Below are positions 6,585-15,381 of a stretch of DNA of 20,000 bases, piece by piece. Numbering within the stretch: the first letter of the stretch is position 1; each line of letters starts with the position of its first letter. Location of the stretch: the IMG/VR virus record IMGVR_UViG_3300025120_000033. One strand, given 5' to 3'. Made by a program: the position numbers and the translations under genes. This stretch comes from an uncultured virus (IMG/VR IMGVR_UViG_3300025120_000033) (taxonomy: Duplodnaviria > Heunggongvirae > Uroviricota > Caudoviricetes). Under the pieces are notes generated by a model. The model did not search any database. It had not been told where the DNA came from and saw only the letters and a program-made list of their open reading frames with translations.

Positions 6585-9079
6585 TGTCTGCCCCCAAATT
6601 TTGCGCCCATTTCCATAAGCTTCAAGTTGTTTTGTTGTTCAAGACGCTGAAGACCCAAGTCTAACTTGTCATCAGCCACTTGCTTTTGAACTCCAATTCT
6701 TTGCTTGGCAATTTCGGCTTCCAGAAGTTTTTCGCTCTGCTTAGCCGCTTGCTTTTCAGAAAACTGTTGGGAATCTTGATCGATTTCTTTGTCTCTGAGA
6801 GCAAGCTCTTGCTCTCTAATTTGAACCAGAGGATCGTTTTCATCGCCTTGCCCAATACTTGCCATCAACTCTTGAGTTAACTGCGCCAGAATCGGAGAGC
6901 TAAATCGCTCTTTCATCATTTGAATGTCCGCCTGCATCTGCGGAATTTGCTCTTGGGGTATTTGCTGAGCCTGCATCATTTGATTTGCCTGCTCTATTTG
7001 CTGAGTTACCTCTGGAGGCATTTGCTCGGCAGAGAGCTCAACAGATAAAAACTGCAAATGTTGCATCATATGCGCAATGATTACACTCTGTAGCGGTGGC
7101 GTAGTCTTAACCACCTCTGTTAAAAACAAAGATCTGTGCGCGTCAATGTGGGCTTGATGATTTTGCCCCTCAAACGCCTGCGCTTGACTGCCCATCATAA
7201 ACCCAGAGTTTTCAATTCCCGCGTCAATTGGCATTGGTGGTGGCGGAGGTGGTGGCGGCGGCTGTATTAGAGAGTCAACATCGTCAACTCCAAGCGCCGC
7301 ATACATACGCCGATAAGCCTCATAAATTCCTTCTGGCCCATGTATTTGAGGGTTAGACTGAACCATCGTCAACAACTCTTGCGCCATAGTAATTCTCTGC
7401 GACTGCGAAAATATATTTGGATCGCTGACGGGTATGACGTCAACTCTGCCGTCAAAGTCTTGGCCTTTAATCTCTTGTGCGCCACTGCCTGTGTTGTATG
7501 GGTAAGACGGCGGCAAATATTCTCCAAACACTTTTGCCAACAACTTAAACTCAAGTCTCTGTGAATAATGCAGGCGCTTATGGATTGCGCTCATTACCTT
7601 TGTGCCGCGCTCCAAAAGAGCCACGGTAGTGCCGACTGGCATATTTTGCGCCGCGTCGCCAATGTTCATATCGCCAATACTTGCAAAGCGTTTGCCGCTG
7701 TCAACCAACAGCCCCAGCATTTGTACTAGGACATTTGACGGCTCTTTAATTGGGAGCGGGATTAAATTCTCTCGAAGAGACGCGCCAGTAGTGTCGATGT
7801 CCCTGAATTCACCCGGCTGGAGCGGCTCATCCTCGTCTCGAATGCGCATTCCTCGCGCCTTAAATCCAGCAGGAAGGTTTGCCAAGGTTCCCGCGTCAAT
7901 AAGCTGTCGCAGTATGCTGGTTGCTGACTTAGATATTCCGCCAATCATGTGGCTTAGACCAAGGCCGTAAAAGCCAAGGCCCGGTAAAAACTTATATTGC
8001 ACAAAGAAATTAATCTTATTTTTCTTTATATCTCCTTCGAGATAATTTCTTCTAATTGATAGAATCTGTTGAGAATCCTCATCAATGGTAACGATGTAAG
8101 GGAGCTTTAATCCAGTGGGCTCGCCATCTTCGCCAAGGTCTTCAAAACCGGGCAAGTCAAGAACCGTGTGCGTCTCAAAAACCGTGTTGTCTCGGTCTTC
8201 TTGATAACTGGGCGACATTCCTTCGATTTCGTTAATTTCTTTTTTAATGTCGCTTTCGGTAAAGGATGTGCCGCCGCCTGACAGTTCAATGTCAGCATAA
8301 AATCCAGAAAGCTGTTGTTTCTTAATTTCGTTTTGGCTCATCTTTAAAACGTGAGTAACCCTCTCCGCCGAGGACAAGTCTGTCGCCTCATAAGGCACAA
8401 CCAAGTTTTCTGGGGCAATAAACTTTGAAAGGGCTCGATCTCTAACCGTATCGTAATAGACTTTTTTGAACGCGGATCCAGCCAAAGGAAGGTAGAACAA
8501 CAGCATATCTAGCTCTGGGTCGTACTCTTCCATGATGTTCATAATGTAAAAATTCATAAACTCTTGAACGCGCTCCGCCTGCATCTCGACATCAGAGTTT
8601 CGCGTTCCTACGATCTCAGTCTTTACTGGCCCCTTCGCTGGGAGAAGCTCCTTGTATGCCTGCGCTTGAAACTGAGTTACTGCCTCCGCCAAGATGGGAT
8701 GAATTACGCCCGAGCTACCCTGAAACGGGGTGCTTCGAGTTTCATCAAACTTCATGCCAAGATATTTTAGGCCGTCCGTGTAGGTCTTTTCCCACTCTGA
8801 GCGAGATTCTATGTCGGCTTGAATTGACGACAAAACATCGCCCGCTAAGCCAGAGAGCTCAGAAGAGTCTAAGAAGTCCACCAAGTTTGCGTTGAAGTCG
8901 GTCTGAATAACTTCATCCATTGCGTTCATTTCTTCGTCAACGAGGATGTCTTGCTCGGTGACTAGGATTTGGGCCGCGTTCCTAATCATTTCAGATCGGT
9001 CTGGCTCCTGAAAGATTTCAACTGAATTTCCAATATCAGGAATTTCTGGCGTGCCTAGATCTCTTCGCTCAATAACCAT
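6581..9079 (-). CDS. Portal protein (832 aa, P22-like)
   Basis: Large ORF directly downstream of TerL, with HPILAEAVTQFQAQAY, GSAFKKVYYD, LIDAGTLANLPAGFK and a Gln-rich helical C-terminus. Confidence 0.88.
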   Translation of the reverse strand: MVIERRDLGTPEIPDIGNSVEIFQEPDRSEMIRNAAQILVTEQDILVDEEMNAMDEVIQTDFNANLVDFLDSSELSGLAGDVLSSIQADIESRSEWEKTYTDGLKYLGMKFDETRSTPFQGSSGVIHPILAEAVTQFQAQAYKELLPAKGPVKTEIVGTRNSDVEMQAERVQEFMNFYIMNIMEEYDPELDMLLFYLPLAGSAFKKVYYDTVRDRALSKFIAPENLVVPYEATDLSSAERVTHVLKMSQNEIKKQQLSGFYADIELSGGGTSFTESDIKKEINEIEGMSPSYQEDRDNTVFETHTVLDLPGFEDLGEDGEPTGLKLPYIVTIDEDSQQILSIRRNYLEGDIKKNKINFFVQYKFLPGLGFYGLGLSHMIGGISKSATSILRQLIDAGTLANLPAGFKARGMRIRDEDEPLQPGEFRDIDTTGASLRENLIPLPIKEPSNVLVQMLGLLVDSGKRFASIGDMNIGDAAQNMPVGTTVALLERGTKVMSAIHKRLHYSQRLEFKLLAKVFGEYLPPSYPYNTGSGAQEIKGQDFDGRVDVIPVSDPNIFSQSQRITMAQELLTMVQSNPQIHGPEGIYEAYRRMYAALGVDDVDSLIQPPPPPPPPPMPIDAGIENSGFMMGSQAQAFEGQNHQAHIDAHRSLFLTEVVKTTPPLQSVIIAHMMQHLQFLSVELSAEQMPPEVTQQIEQANQMMQAQQIPQEQIPQMQADIQMMKERFSSPILAQLTQELMASIGQGDENDPLVQIREQELALRDKEIDQDSQQFSEKQAAKQSEKLLEAEIAKQRIGVQKQVADDKLDLGLQRLEQQNNLKLMEMGAKFGGRQ

Positions 9080-10566
9080 CAGTAATACACCGTTCTGTTT
9101 TGTGGTAGCAATTTAACTTCGTCAAGATAATCGCTATCTAAATTTAAAAATCCGCCTTGGCGGAATCGCATCAACGCCATGGTAGCGCTGTCAGTATAAT
9201 CGTCATGCTCGGCAAATGGAAAGCTTGCCATCTCGTCGATTACTTCCTCGGCAAATCCTTCGTCTGGGGCCCATACCATGCCGCTTTCAAAGATTGGCGC
9301 CACGCTGTTCATTCTAGCTATTTTGTCCTGCCCTCGGCTGGGCGTATAAGCCGTAACAGGAATACCCATTCGTCTTAACTCTTGGGTTAATGGGGTGCCA
9401 GAGGCTTTTGCTTCAATCAATATGCAATCAGGCTCCCAATACTTGTACTCATCATACGCTAATTTCTTTAATTCTGGAAAGTCCAGCCTCACACGCTTGG
9501 CGTCGAGAAGTATTATCTGATCTCCCGCCTCTGCTTCTGGCTCGAAAACCGCCCAAGTTGTAATGGCGGAATAATCTGCCGTCTCTTTTTTACTAAAAGC
9601 GGTATCGTAACTTTGAATGATATAAGAGTATGCTGGCACAATTTCTGATTCGTATATGTTCCACCACTCTCTTTTTACAATGGCGCCTGACGCGGCGGTG
9701 GGGTTTTGCATCCACTGCGCATTCCACTTTGAAAGTGGCAAAGAAGCCTTGACCGACAATAATTCTTCTTTTTTCCAAAACTGGGGCCACAGTGGCTCGT
9801 CAGTTTCTGGCATAATCGCAGGAAACTCCACAACATCCCATTGATCTGCGTGGTCTTCGCCCTGACGCTTTAGAACCTTGCCGACAAGATCTTTGGTGCT
9901 CCATCGGGTCATTACAATTATGATGATCCCGCCGGGCTGTAATCTCTGCCGTGGCCCAGACGTATACCACTCGTAAGCGGCATCCATAGCGCTTGGAGAC
10001 ATGGCGTCTTGCTCAGAATGTGGGTCATCAATAATCAAAAGGTCGGCGCCGCGACCTGTGATGGCGCCACCTACGCCCGCATAAAAGCTTTCGCCGTCTT
10101 GATTAGTTGTCCATCGCCCAGCGCTTTTGTTGTCGGCTTGGAGCTTTAGCTCTGGAAAAATGCCTTGATAGTCTTCGCCATCAATTATGTTTCTCACCTT
10201 ACGGCCAAAACGCACAGCAAGCTCAGCGGTGTGCGTTGTTTGAATGATTTTTAAGTTGCCGCGCAATCCCATCATCCACGCTGGGAAGAATGTAGATGCA
10301 AATTCAGATTTGGAGTGTCTGGGCGGGAGGCATACTATTAATCTTTTGAGCTTGCCTTGGGCTATACGATTAAATTTTTCGCCAATAATTTTGTGGTGCC
10401 GCCCCTCAACAAACTCAGGCCACATATGCTTGACGAATTTTATGAAGTCGCCTTGGCACTCTTCTTGTTTTTCGAGGCTTTTGTAACGGTTAAGCAAAGA
10501 TTTTGCTTCAATTTGCTCTTGCTCTGACAAGACATCAAAGTCTTTAAAGGCCAGTTCTTTAGACAT
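9079..10566 (-). CDS. terL: Terminase large subunit (495 aa)
   Basis: Walker A-like PPRHSKS, GGAITGRGADLLIIDDP Walker B, MTRW coupling motif, and nuclease motifs QSYDTAF and HDDYTDS. Confidence 0.95.
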   Translation of the reverse strand: MSKELAFKDFDVLSEQEQIEAKSLLNRYKSLEKQEECQGDFIKFVKHMWPEFVEGRHHKIIGEKFNRIAQGKLKRLIVCLPPRHSKSEFASTFFPAWMMGLRGNLKIIQTTHTAELAVRFGRKVRNIIDGEDYQGIFPELKLQADNKSAGRWTTNQDGESFYAGVGGAITGRGADLLIIDDPHSEQDAMSPSAMDAAYEWYTSGPRQRLQPGGIIIIVMTRWSTKDLVGKVLKRQGEDHADQWDVVEFPAIMPETDEPLWPQFWKKEELLSVKASLPLSKWNAQWMQNPTAASGAIVKREWWNIYESEIVPAYSYIIQSYDTAFSKKETADYSAITTWAVFEPEAEAGDQIILLDAKRVRLDFPELKKLAYDEYKYWEPDCILIEAKASGTPLTQELRRMGIPVTAYTPSRGQDKIARMNSVAPIFESGMVWAPDEGFAEEVIDEMASFPFAEHDDYTDSATMALMRFRQGGFLNLDSDYLDEVKLLPQNRTVYY

Positions 10567-11011
10567 TTGTCCACTCTTTTCCCTGCCACAACAAAGCTTC
10601 CGCTTCTCTGCGTCTAACTAACCCTTCTAACACCTTGCCTCCAGCCCTGTTCCAGCGCCTTATCTGATAAGGTATATCAGCACGACTGCTGTCATTATTG
10701 TCATTAATACGACGAAGCAAAGTAGATTCAGAAAAGTTAGTTGCACCCAAATTGTATATCCAAGAAATGAGCGCATCAAACTCGTTTTGCTTGAGAGGAA
10801 CATCAACCATCTTGAGTATTGATTGCTCAAATTGAAATAAGTCGTGCGCAAGCGAAGCTTCAGCCTCGTCCATTGTACAGACGTCTCTCTCCTTAACTCC
10901 CTTAGTTGTTCCAAAACCGATTGTCCACACGCCAGCAGAACACTGATAAGCATCTAATTTACAACCTTCAAATTTTTTAATGAGAGCTATGCCCTCTGCA
11001 CTAGTTTTCAT
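10559..11011 (-). CDS. Endolysin, GH24 lysozyme (150 aa)
   Basis: FEGCKLDAYQCSAGVWTIGFGTT catalytic region, QNEFDALISW.YNLG and GLVRRREAE. Confidence 0.92.
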   Translation of the reverse strand: MKTSAEGIALIKKFEGCKLDAYQCSAGVWTIGFGTTKGVKERDVCTMDEAEASLAHDLFQFEQSILKMVDVPLKQNEFDALISWIYNLGATNFSESTLLRRINDNNDSSRADIPYQIRRWNRAGGKVLEGLVRRREAEALLWQGKEWTNV

Positions 11012-11148
11012 TTAGACTTTTCCAACTCCTCAAACCGCAATTTCTGCTTTTCAATTACTGCTTTTTGAGCCTCTATCTCAATTTTTTGTTTTGCCGCCCG
11101 CTCTTGTTGCTTTTGCTCTGGCGACATCACCGGAAAAGGTATAATCAT
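11008..11148 (-). CDS. Small charged coiled-coil protein (46 aa)
   Basis: Not in the ORF track: MIIPFPVMSPEQKQQERAAKQKIEIEAQKAVIEKQKLRFEELEKSK. ATGA overlaps with both the holin stop and the endolysin start. Confidence 0.7.
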   Translation of the reverse strand: MIIPFPVMSPEQKQQERAAKQKIEIEAQKAVIEKQKLRFEELEKSK

Positions 11149-11543
11149 TTTTCTCGGCTCACTTTCTGTATTTTTTCTACAGTTCTCATGCCGCCCAGTC
11201 CAAGCATACCTAATAGCACAGGCATCATTTCAGACATCTGAAGCAATGGGATGGTTATATCGCTACCTGCAATGGCTAGAGCAAAGTTGCCCATTGGTAT
11301 TAAGATGTAATTTGAGGCCATGCCGATTACAGTCACCCATCCCACGGCTGGGCGCCATCCAGCGACGAACATGGATTTCGAGGCCGCTTCGACTTTATTG
11401 ACCTCTAATTGTCCCTTGGCTAATTCTTGCGCATGGACTTCCGCCATGGTGCTAATTTGATGAGCAAGAGCGTTTTTTGTGTCTTTGTCTTCTATGAATT
11501 TGTCGAGCAAACCCGCGACGGGGCCAATCAATGCCTGTAACAT
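11145..11543 (-). CDS. Holin, 3TM (GTA-holin-like) family (132 aa)
   Basis: Start reassigned to ATG 11543 after AAGGAG. LLDKFIEDKD, EVNKVEA, FVAGWRPAVGW and GMLGLGGMRTVEK are family motifs. Lies next to the endolysin. Confidence 0.82.
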   Translation of the reverse strand: MLQALIGPVAGLLDKFIEDKDTKNALAHQISTMAEVHAQELAKGQLEVNKVEAASKSMFVAGWRPAVGWVTVIGMASNYILIPMGNFALAIAGSDITIPLLQMSEMMPVLLGMLGLGGMRTVEKIQKVSREK

Positions 11544-11606
11544 GAAAGCACTCCTTTTCACCAGTGTACACAATTACGCAGAGTTTAGCACTTTTCTGAT
11601 TATTTT

Positions 11607-12038
11607 CTAGGTGTTGAGGACTTCCATGACAGTTACCACTATGGAGCCTACGCTTGTGATGCCAGCGCCCATCCATTTCAGCCACTTCTCCGCTAAAACC
11701 TCAATGCTATTAGCTTCATCTCTACGCCGTCTTTCTTCAGCCGCTCTCATGCGTTTGCATTCGCTTTGGAATTTTAGCCAATCGTCGTAAAGGCCAGCCC
11801 TACCTGCATAAATCATCCACTCGCGTATCCACTCTTCTTGTTTTTTTAACTTCTCAAGATGCATAAAGTTTTCTAAATAACTGCCTTTACGCTTTTTATT
11901 TGCTCGCCTCGATATGACCGACTTAGAGTTAAAATACGTGGCACAACTATCGCTAACATCGTATAGCTCTCTGCCGTTTTTTAAGGCCGACTTTATAGTA
12001 TTAAACGCGGCATTAGCGGCTTGCACCTCTGCCAGCAC
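11607..12038 (-). CDS. Hypothetical protein with C-terminal hydrophobic segment (143 aa)
   Basis: GTG start, MLAEVQAANAAFNTIKSAL..., a helical middle and a hydrophobic C-terminus, within the lysis cluster. Confidence 0.7.
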   Translation of the reverse strand: MLAEVQAANAAFNTIKSALKNGRELYDVSDSCATYFNSKSVISRRANKKRKGSYLENFMHLEKLKKQEEWIREWMIYAGRAGLYDDWLKFQSECKRMRAAEERRRRDEANSIEVLAEKWLKWMGAGITSVGSIVVTVMEVLNT

Positions 12039-12041
12039 AAA

Positions 12042-12362
12042 TCACTTCCTGCTCATATAGGCCGTGGCTCCAAAATACGCTCCACACACACTGGCTTGGG
12101 CAATGTAAAATAATCCTAACAGATCGCTCAAAGCGTTCACCCTACTATCGGGCATGATGGGTAGCATAAGAAATATGGAGAACAACACCATACTTGCCAT
12201 TGCTACCCATGCCATATGCTTCTGGCTATCAGCTTTCTCCTCGCGCAACTCAAGCTCTACTAGCTGTTGATGCCGCTCAAGCTCTTCGTCAGTAACCGTG
12301 CCGTCGCCATCTAAGTCATACTTGGCGTACTTGCTAGATGGCTCTAGCTTCTTGGGTGTCAT
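12042..12362 (-). CDS. Membrane protein with an EF-hand-like loop and 2 TM segments (106 aa)
   Basis: Start reassigned to ATG 12362 (ATGA overlap). DLDGDGTVTDEE loop followed by two hydrophobic helices. Confidence 0.72.
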   Translation of the reverse strand: MTPKKLEPSSKYAKYDLDGDGTVTDEELERHQQLVELELREEKADSQKHMAWVAMASMVLFSIFLMLPIMPDSRVNALSDLLGLFYIAQASVCGAYFGATAYMSRK

Positions 12363-12448
12363 GCAAGCCACAACTTTATAGCGAAGACAAACAGCAATAG
12401 ACAAATCATAATCCACAGAAAAGCATCCATAGCTGGTAACTTCTTCAC
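12359..12448 (-). CDS. Single-TM micropeptide (29 aa)
   Basis: Not in the ORF track: MKKLPAMDAFLWIMICLLLFVFAIKLWLA. GTGA overlap upstream and ATGA overlap downstream fill the gap exactly. Confidence 0.6.
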   Translation of the reverse strand: MKKLPAMDAFLWIMICLLLFVFAIKLWLA

Positions 12449-12633
12449 GCAGGCATCCACTTGAACAGCGCTATAGCGCTTATGATAAAAGGGTACATAC
12501 TAAATAAAATCATCTCGATACGATCAAATTTTTTGGCGCCAGATTCAAGACGTTTCTCGATATTTTCGTATCGAAGGCTACACTCTTTTTCGTGAGCCTC
12601 TAATTTGACGATTGTCTCCTTTACGGTTGCCAC
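12445..12633 (-). CDS. Small coiled-coil plus C-terminal TM protein, XhlA-like architecture (62 aa)
   Basis: LEAHEKECSLRYENIEKRL followed by a hydrophobic helix. GGAGA RBS. Confidence 0.7.
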   Translation of the reverse strand: MATVKETIVKLEAHEKECSLRYENIEKRLESGAKKFDRIEMILFSMYPFIISAIALFKWMPA

Positions 12634-12867
12634 TTATCTTCTCTCCGCTGATTCTGGGTTTATCCAGCCATTTACCCTAGTGTTTAACGGGTCAACAAAT
12701 ACGGGCTTGCAGAACGCAATGACGGGCTTGAAGTTGTCTTCTCTACGCGCTAATACCCGCGCATCGTTCAGGCAATGCCGTTGGTTAATCCAATGACTAG
12801 CCGTTTGTTCTTCCGCGTCGGGCGAAAGTTGGACTACTAACGCGAAGACGATAATTAAGTCGCCCAT
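12634..12867 (-). CDS. Hypothetical protein (77 aa)
   Basis: Hydrophobic N-terminus and two Cys residues. Abuts both neighbouring genes. Confidence 0.6.
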   Translation of the reverse strand: MGDLIIVFALVVQLSPDAEEQTASHWINQRHCLNDARVLARREDNFKPVIAFCKPVFVDPLNTRVNGWINPESAERR

Positions 12868-12872
12868 TCACG

Positions 12873-13157
12873 TTAATTAGTTGGTTGACGTTGGAGTAAG
12901 TTGAGGATGGCCTTGGTGTCTGATCGCACTTCGGACAAGTCCTGAACAGCGTTATCTAGCTGTATCTCACTGCGGGTCATCTGTTGCTGAAGCTCATCAA
13001 CCTCCTCTTCAATCTTCTCGACCTGTTCGCTAACCTCTTCGATATCTTCAGCGTTCTCTTCTGCCATAGCATCTAGGCTGGCGTATGAGAAGATAGCACC
13101 CGTAGCCACCACAATGATAGGCACAAGGCTCAACACATTCGATAGTTTAATTTCCAT
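12873..13157 (-). CDS. N-terminal TM plus acidic coiled-coil protein (94 aa)
   Basis: LSLVPIIVVATGAIFSY hydrophobic segment followed by a heptad-like acidic helix. AAGGA RBS. Confidence 0.7.
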   Translation of the reverse strand: MEIKLSNVLSLVPIIVVATGAIFSYASLDAMAEENAEDIEEVSEQVEKIEEEVDELQQQMTRSEIQLDNAVQDLSEVRSDTKAILNLLQRQPTN

Positions 13158-13173
13158 GCATTACATCCTTCTC

Positions 13174-13833
13174 TTAACAGTAATGATACCAGCCTGTTAT
13201 TATGTATTTTTCTTCAGTCATAGAGGGAATTCCCTTATGAGTATGCGTCCAGCCAGAGGGCCAGATTAAAGTAAGCCCCTTTCGAGGTTTAACTTTTAAA
13301 TTTTGATAAAAAAAGTCAGTCTCCCCGCCATCTTCAACGTCATTCAAATAAGTCATAAACACTAAATTGCGCTTGCAAGTAGACATCCCATTGGTTTCTG
13401 AGTGGTAATTAAAAAACCCACCACCTTTTTGATACATTTGAACTTGCCCACCCTCTATGCCATAACGATCACATTGATTTGCAAAAACATAATCGCTTTT
13501 ATACACCTCCAAACAATATTGCAAGGCCGTAAAATACTCTTGGGATAATGACGAAGGTAAGTCACAAAAATCTAAATCGTAAGAGTTTTTTATAGTTAGG
13601 TCTATTTTTCTTTTTTGCGTTGCTTCTTCCAGTGCAGTAACTTTAGAGTCCGTAGCTGAACTAACTACATGACCTCTACCAACGGCTGAAGATGTTTTAT
13701 GTTCCTCAATAAGCCGATCACATATAGACAAATCATTTAGTAAATAACCTCCTATAAATGAAGGATGAGACTCTTCTGTAAGCGACACTGTTTCAGGTGC
13801 TAATATTTGCGGCGAAAACGAAGCGTGACCCAT
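13174..13833 (-). CDS. 2OG-Fe(II) oxygenase (prolyl-4-hydroxylase-like)
   Basis: YHSE (HxD/E), RNLVFMTYLNDVEDGGETDF, WPSGWTHTHKG and KYIITGW motifs. Confidence 0.9.
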   Translation of the reverse strand: MGHASFSPQILAPETVSLTEESHPSFIGGYLLNDLSICDRLIEEHKTSSAVGRGHVVSSATDSKVTALEEATQKRKIDLTIKNSYDLDFCDLPSSLSQEYFTALQYCLEVYKSDYVFANQCDRYGIEGGQVQMYQKGGGFFNYHSETNGMSTCKRNLVFMTYLNDVEDGGETDFFYQNLKVKPRKGLTLIWPSGWTHTHKGIPSMTEEKYIITGWYHYC

Positions 13834-13835
13834 AC

Positions 13836-14168
13836 TTATCTATACGCCCCGTCTGGAGCCGTAGGTTGGACGCTAGGAAATTCTTCTGTGCTAGGCCAGT
13901 CTCGTAACGAATCACGGTATGCCATGATAGAAGAGTAAAAACTGTGTTTGGGTATTGCTTCAATCCAGTCCGTTTTGTTTAACTCTTCATTTCTCCAAAT
14001 CCTCGCCACACGTTCAGGCGTGAAATCTTCATTTATAAATATTTTTCGGGCATACGAAGTAGCATCAGGATGAATAGCAGTTAACTGAGTAGAAGCAAAA
14101 AACAACTCATCCGCAACAATTTCTCTTAACGGGTCTTCGTTAGAGTTTCTTATAATATATGTAAACAT
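13836..14168 (-). CDS. Tail fibre assembly chaperone-like protein (110 aa)
   Basis: ARIWRNEELNKTDW...YRDSLRDWP motif, located after the fibre genes. Confidence 0.75.
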   Translation of the reverse strand: MFTYIIRNSNEDPLREIVADELFFASTQLTAIHPDATSYARKIFINEDFTPERVARIWRNEELNKTDWIEAIPKHSFYSSIMAYRDSLRDWPSTEEFPSVQPTAPDGAYR

Positions 14169-14182
14169 AAACTTCTCCTATC

Positions 14183-15367
14183 CTATCCTATGTACGAGAC
14201 AATAACGCAACCTTGACCACCGCCTTTCCAATCAAGAGTAACTTCATCATAAAGGCAAATACCACCGCTACCGCCCCCGCCAAACCCACCATCTCCGTTC
14301 GTACTCGCGGTAATACCCGTACCCGTAGAATTAGTATTTCCATTTACAACCATACCCCCACCTCCTGCAAATGGGCCTGTACCATTAGTAGTATTAATAC
14401 AATATGCGTTCTGTGAACCAAGCCTAGCGGTTTGGCCGGAATTAGCAACACCCGATGAACCAGTAGCGCTGTTAGACCCGTTGTTGCTTCCCGAATTTGT
14501 GCTTTTGGGGCCAGTTTGAAACAGACCATCGCCGCCACCTTGAGGGCTACTTGAGTCTTGACTGCTATAAGATGGATTGTTGGCTCTGTACCTAGTATCA
14601 TTTGAATTCTGATCAGTACTAGTTGCCCCCATGTCGGCTGTTACAAAAGCGGCACCGGGGCCTATGTTACCACCGCCTTGCGTCCCACCAAAAAACGTGT
14701 CATTTGAGCCATTTTGAACAAACGATCCTCCCGCCCCCAAACACCCTCCACCGCCAGTAGCGCAGTGAGCGTTAGCATTTCCTCCATGCGTAATTGCACC
14801 TCCCGCATACGCAACCCCGTACATACTTACTGCGCCCCCACCAGTGGCTCCATCTTTTGAAGACTGGTTACTAACAATTATTGCGCCCCCCGCGCCTCCC
14901 GCCACGTTTAAATCGCCGCCGGATGCTGTTCCCCCGGCACCTCCTGCGCGTGTCCCAGCGTCTTGTTGTACAAGCCCGCTTCCCCCAACACCGCCATTAG
15001 AGTCCAAAGCAATGGTGCTTATTGCGGTTGCATTATCAAACGTGCTTTCTCCACCAGAGGTTCCATTAGTTGTGCTATTAGGGGCTGTATTAGCATTTCG
15101 TCCTCCTGCTCCTACAACAACTGTAAAAGTGTCTCCTACTTTAACAGGTATGGTTTTTTGAGAAAATCCTCCTGCACCGCCTCCCCTAGATTTACACGAA
15201 TCGTTGACGTTGGTTTGCGTGCCTTTAATGGTAAGCCCACCTTGCCCACCGCCGCCTGTACAAGTAACTTTAATAGTGCCTGTTATGGGGGCCGTCCAAG
15301 TTTGAGATGTTGAAAGAACATACTCTTTAAAAACGATTGGTGGCTTTGCGCCTAATAAAACTGCCAT
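14183..15367 (-). CDS. Glycine-rich tail/receptor-binding protein (394 aa)
   Basis: WTAP...VTCTGGGGQGG...GGGAGG...VVVGAGG N-terminus and GGQGCVIVSY C-terminus, typical of phage Gly-rich domains. Confidence 0.78.
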   Translation of the reverse strand: MAVLLGAKPPIVFKEYVLSTSQTWTAPITGTIKVTCTGGGGQGGLTIKGTQTNVNDSCKSRGGGAGGFSQKTIPVKVGDTFTVVVGAGGRNANTAPNSTTNGTSGGESTFDNATAISTIALDSNGGVGGSGLVQQDAGTRAGGAGGTASGGDLNVAGGAGGAIIVSNQSSKDGATGGGAVSMYGVAYAGGAITHGGNANAHCATGGGGCLGAGGSFVQNGSNDTFFGGTQGGGNIGPGAAFVTADMGATSTDQNSNDTRYRANNPSYSSQDSSSPQGGGDGLFQTGPKSTNSGSNNGSNSATGSSGVANSGQTARLGSQNAYCINTTNGTGPFAGGGGMVVNGNTNSTGTGITASTNGDGGFGGGGSGGICLYDEVTLDWKGGGQGCVIVSYIG

Positions 15368-15381
15368 TTTCTATCTCCTAA

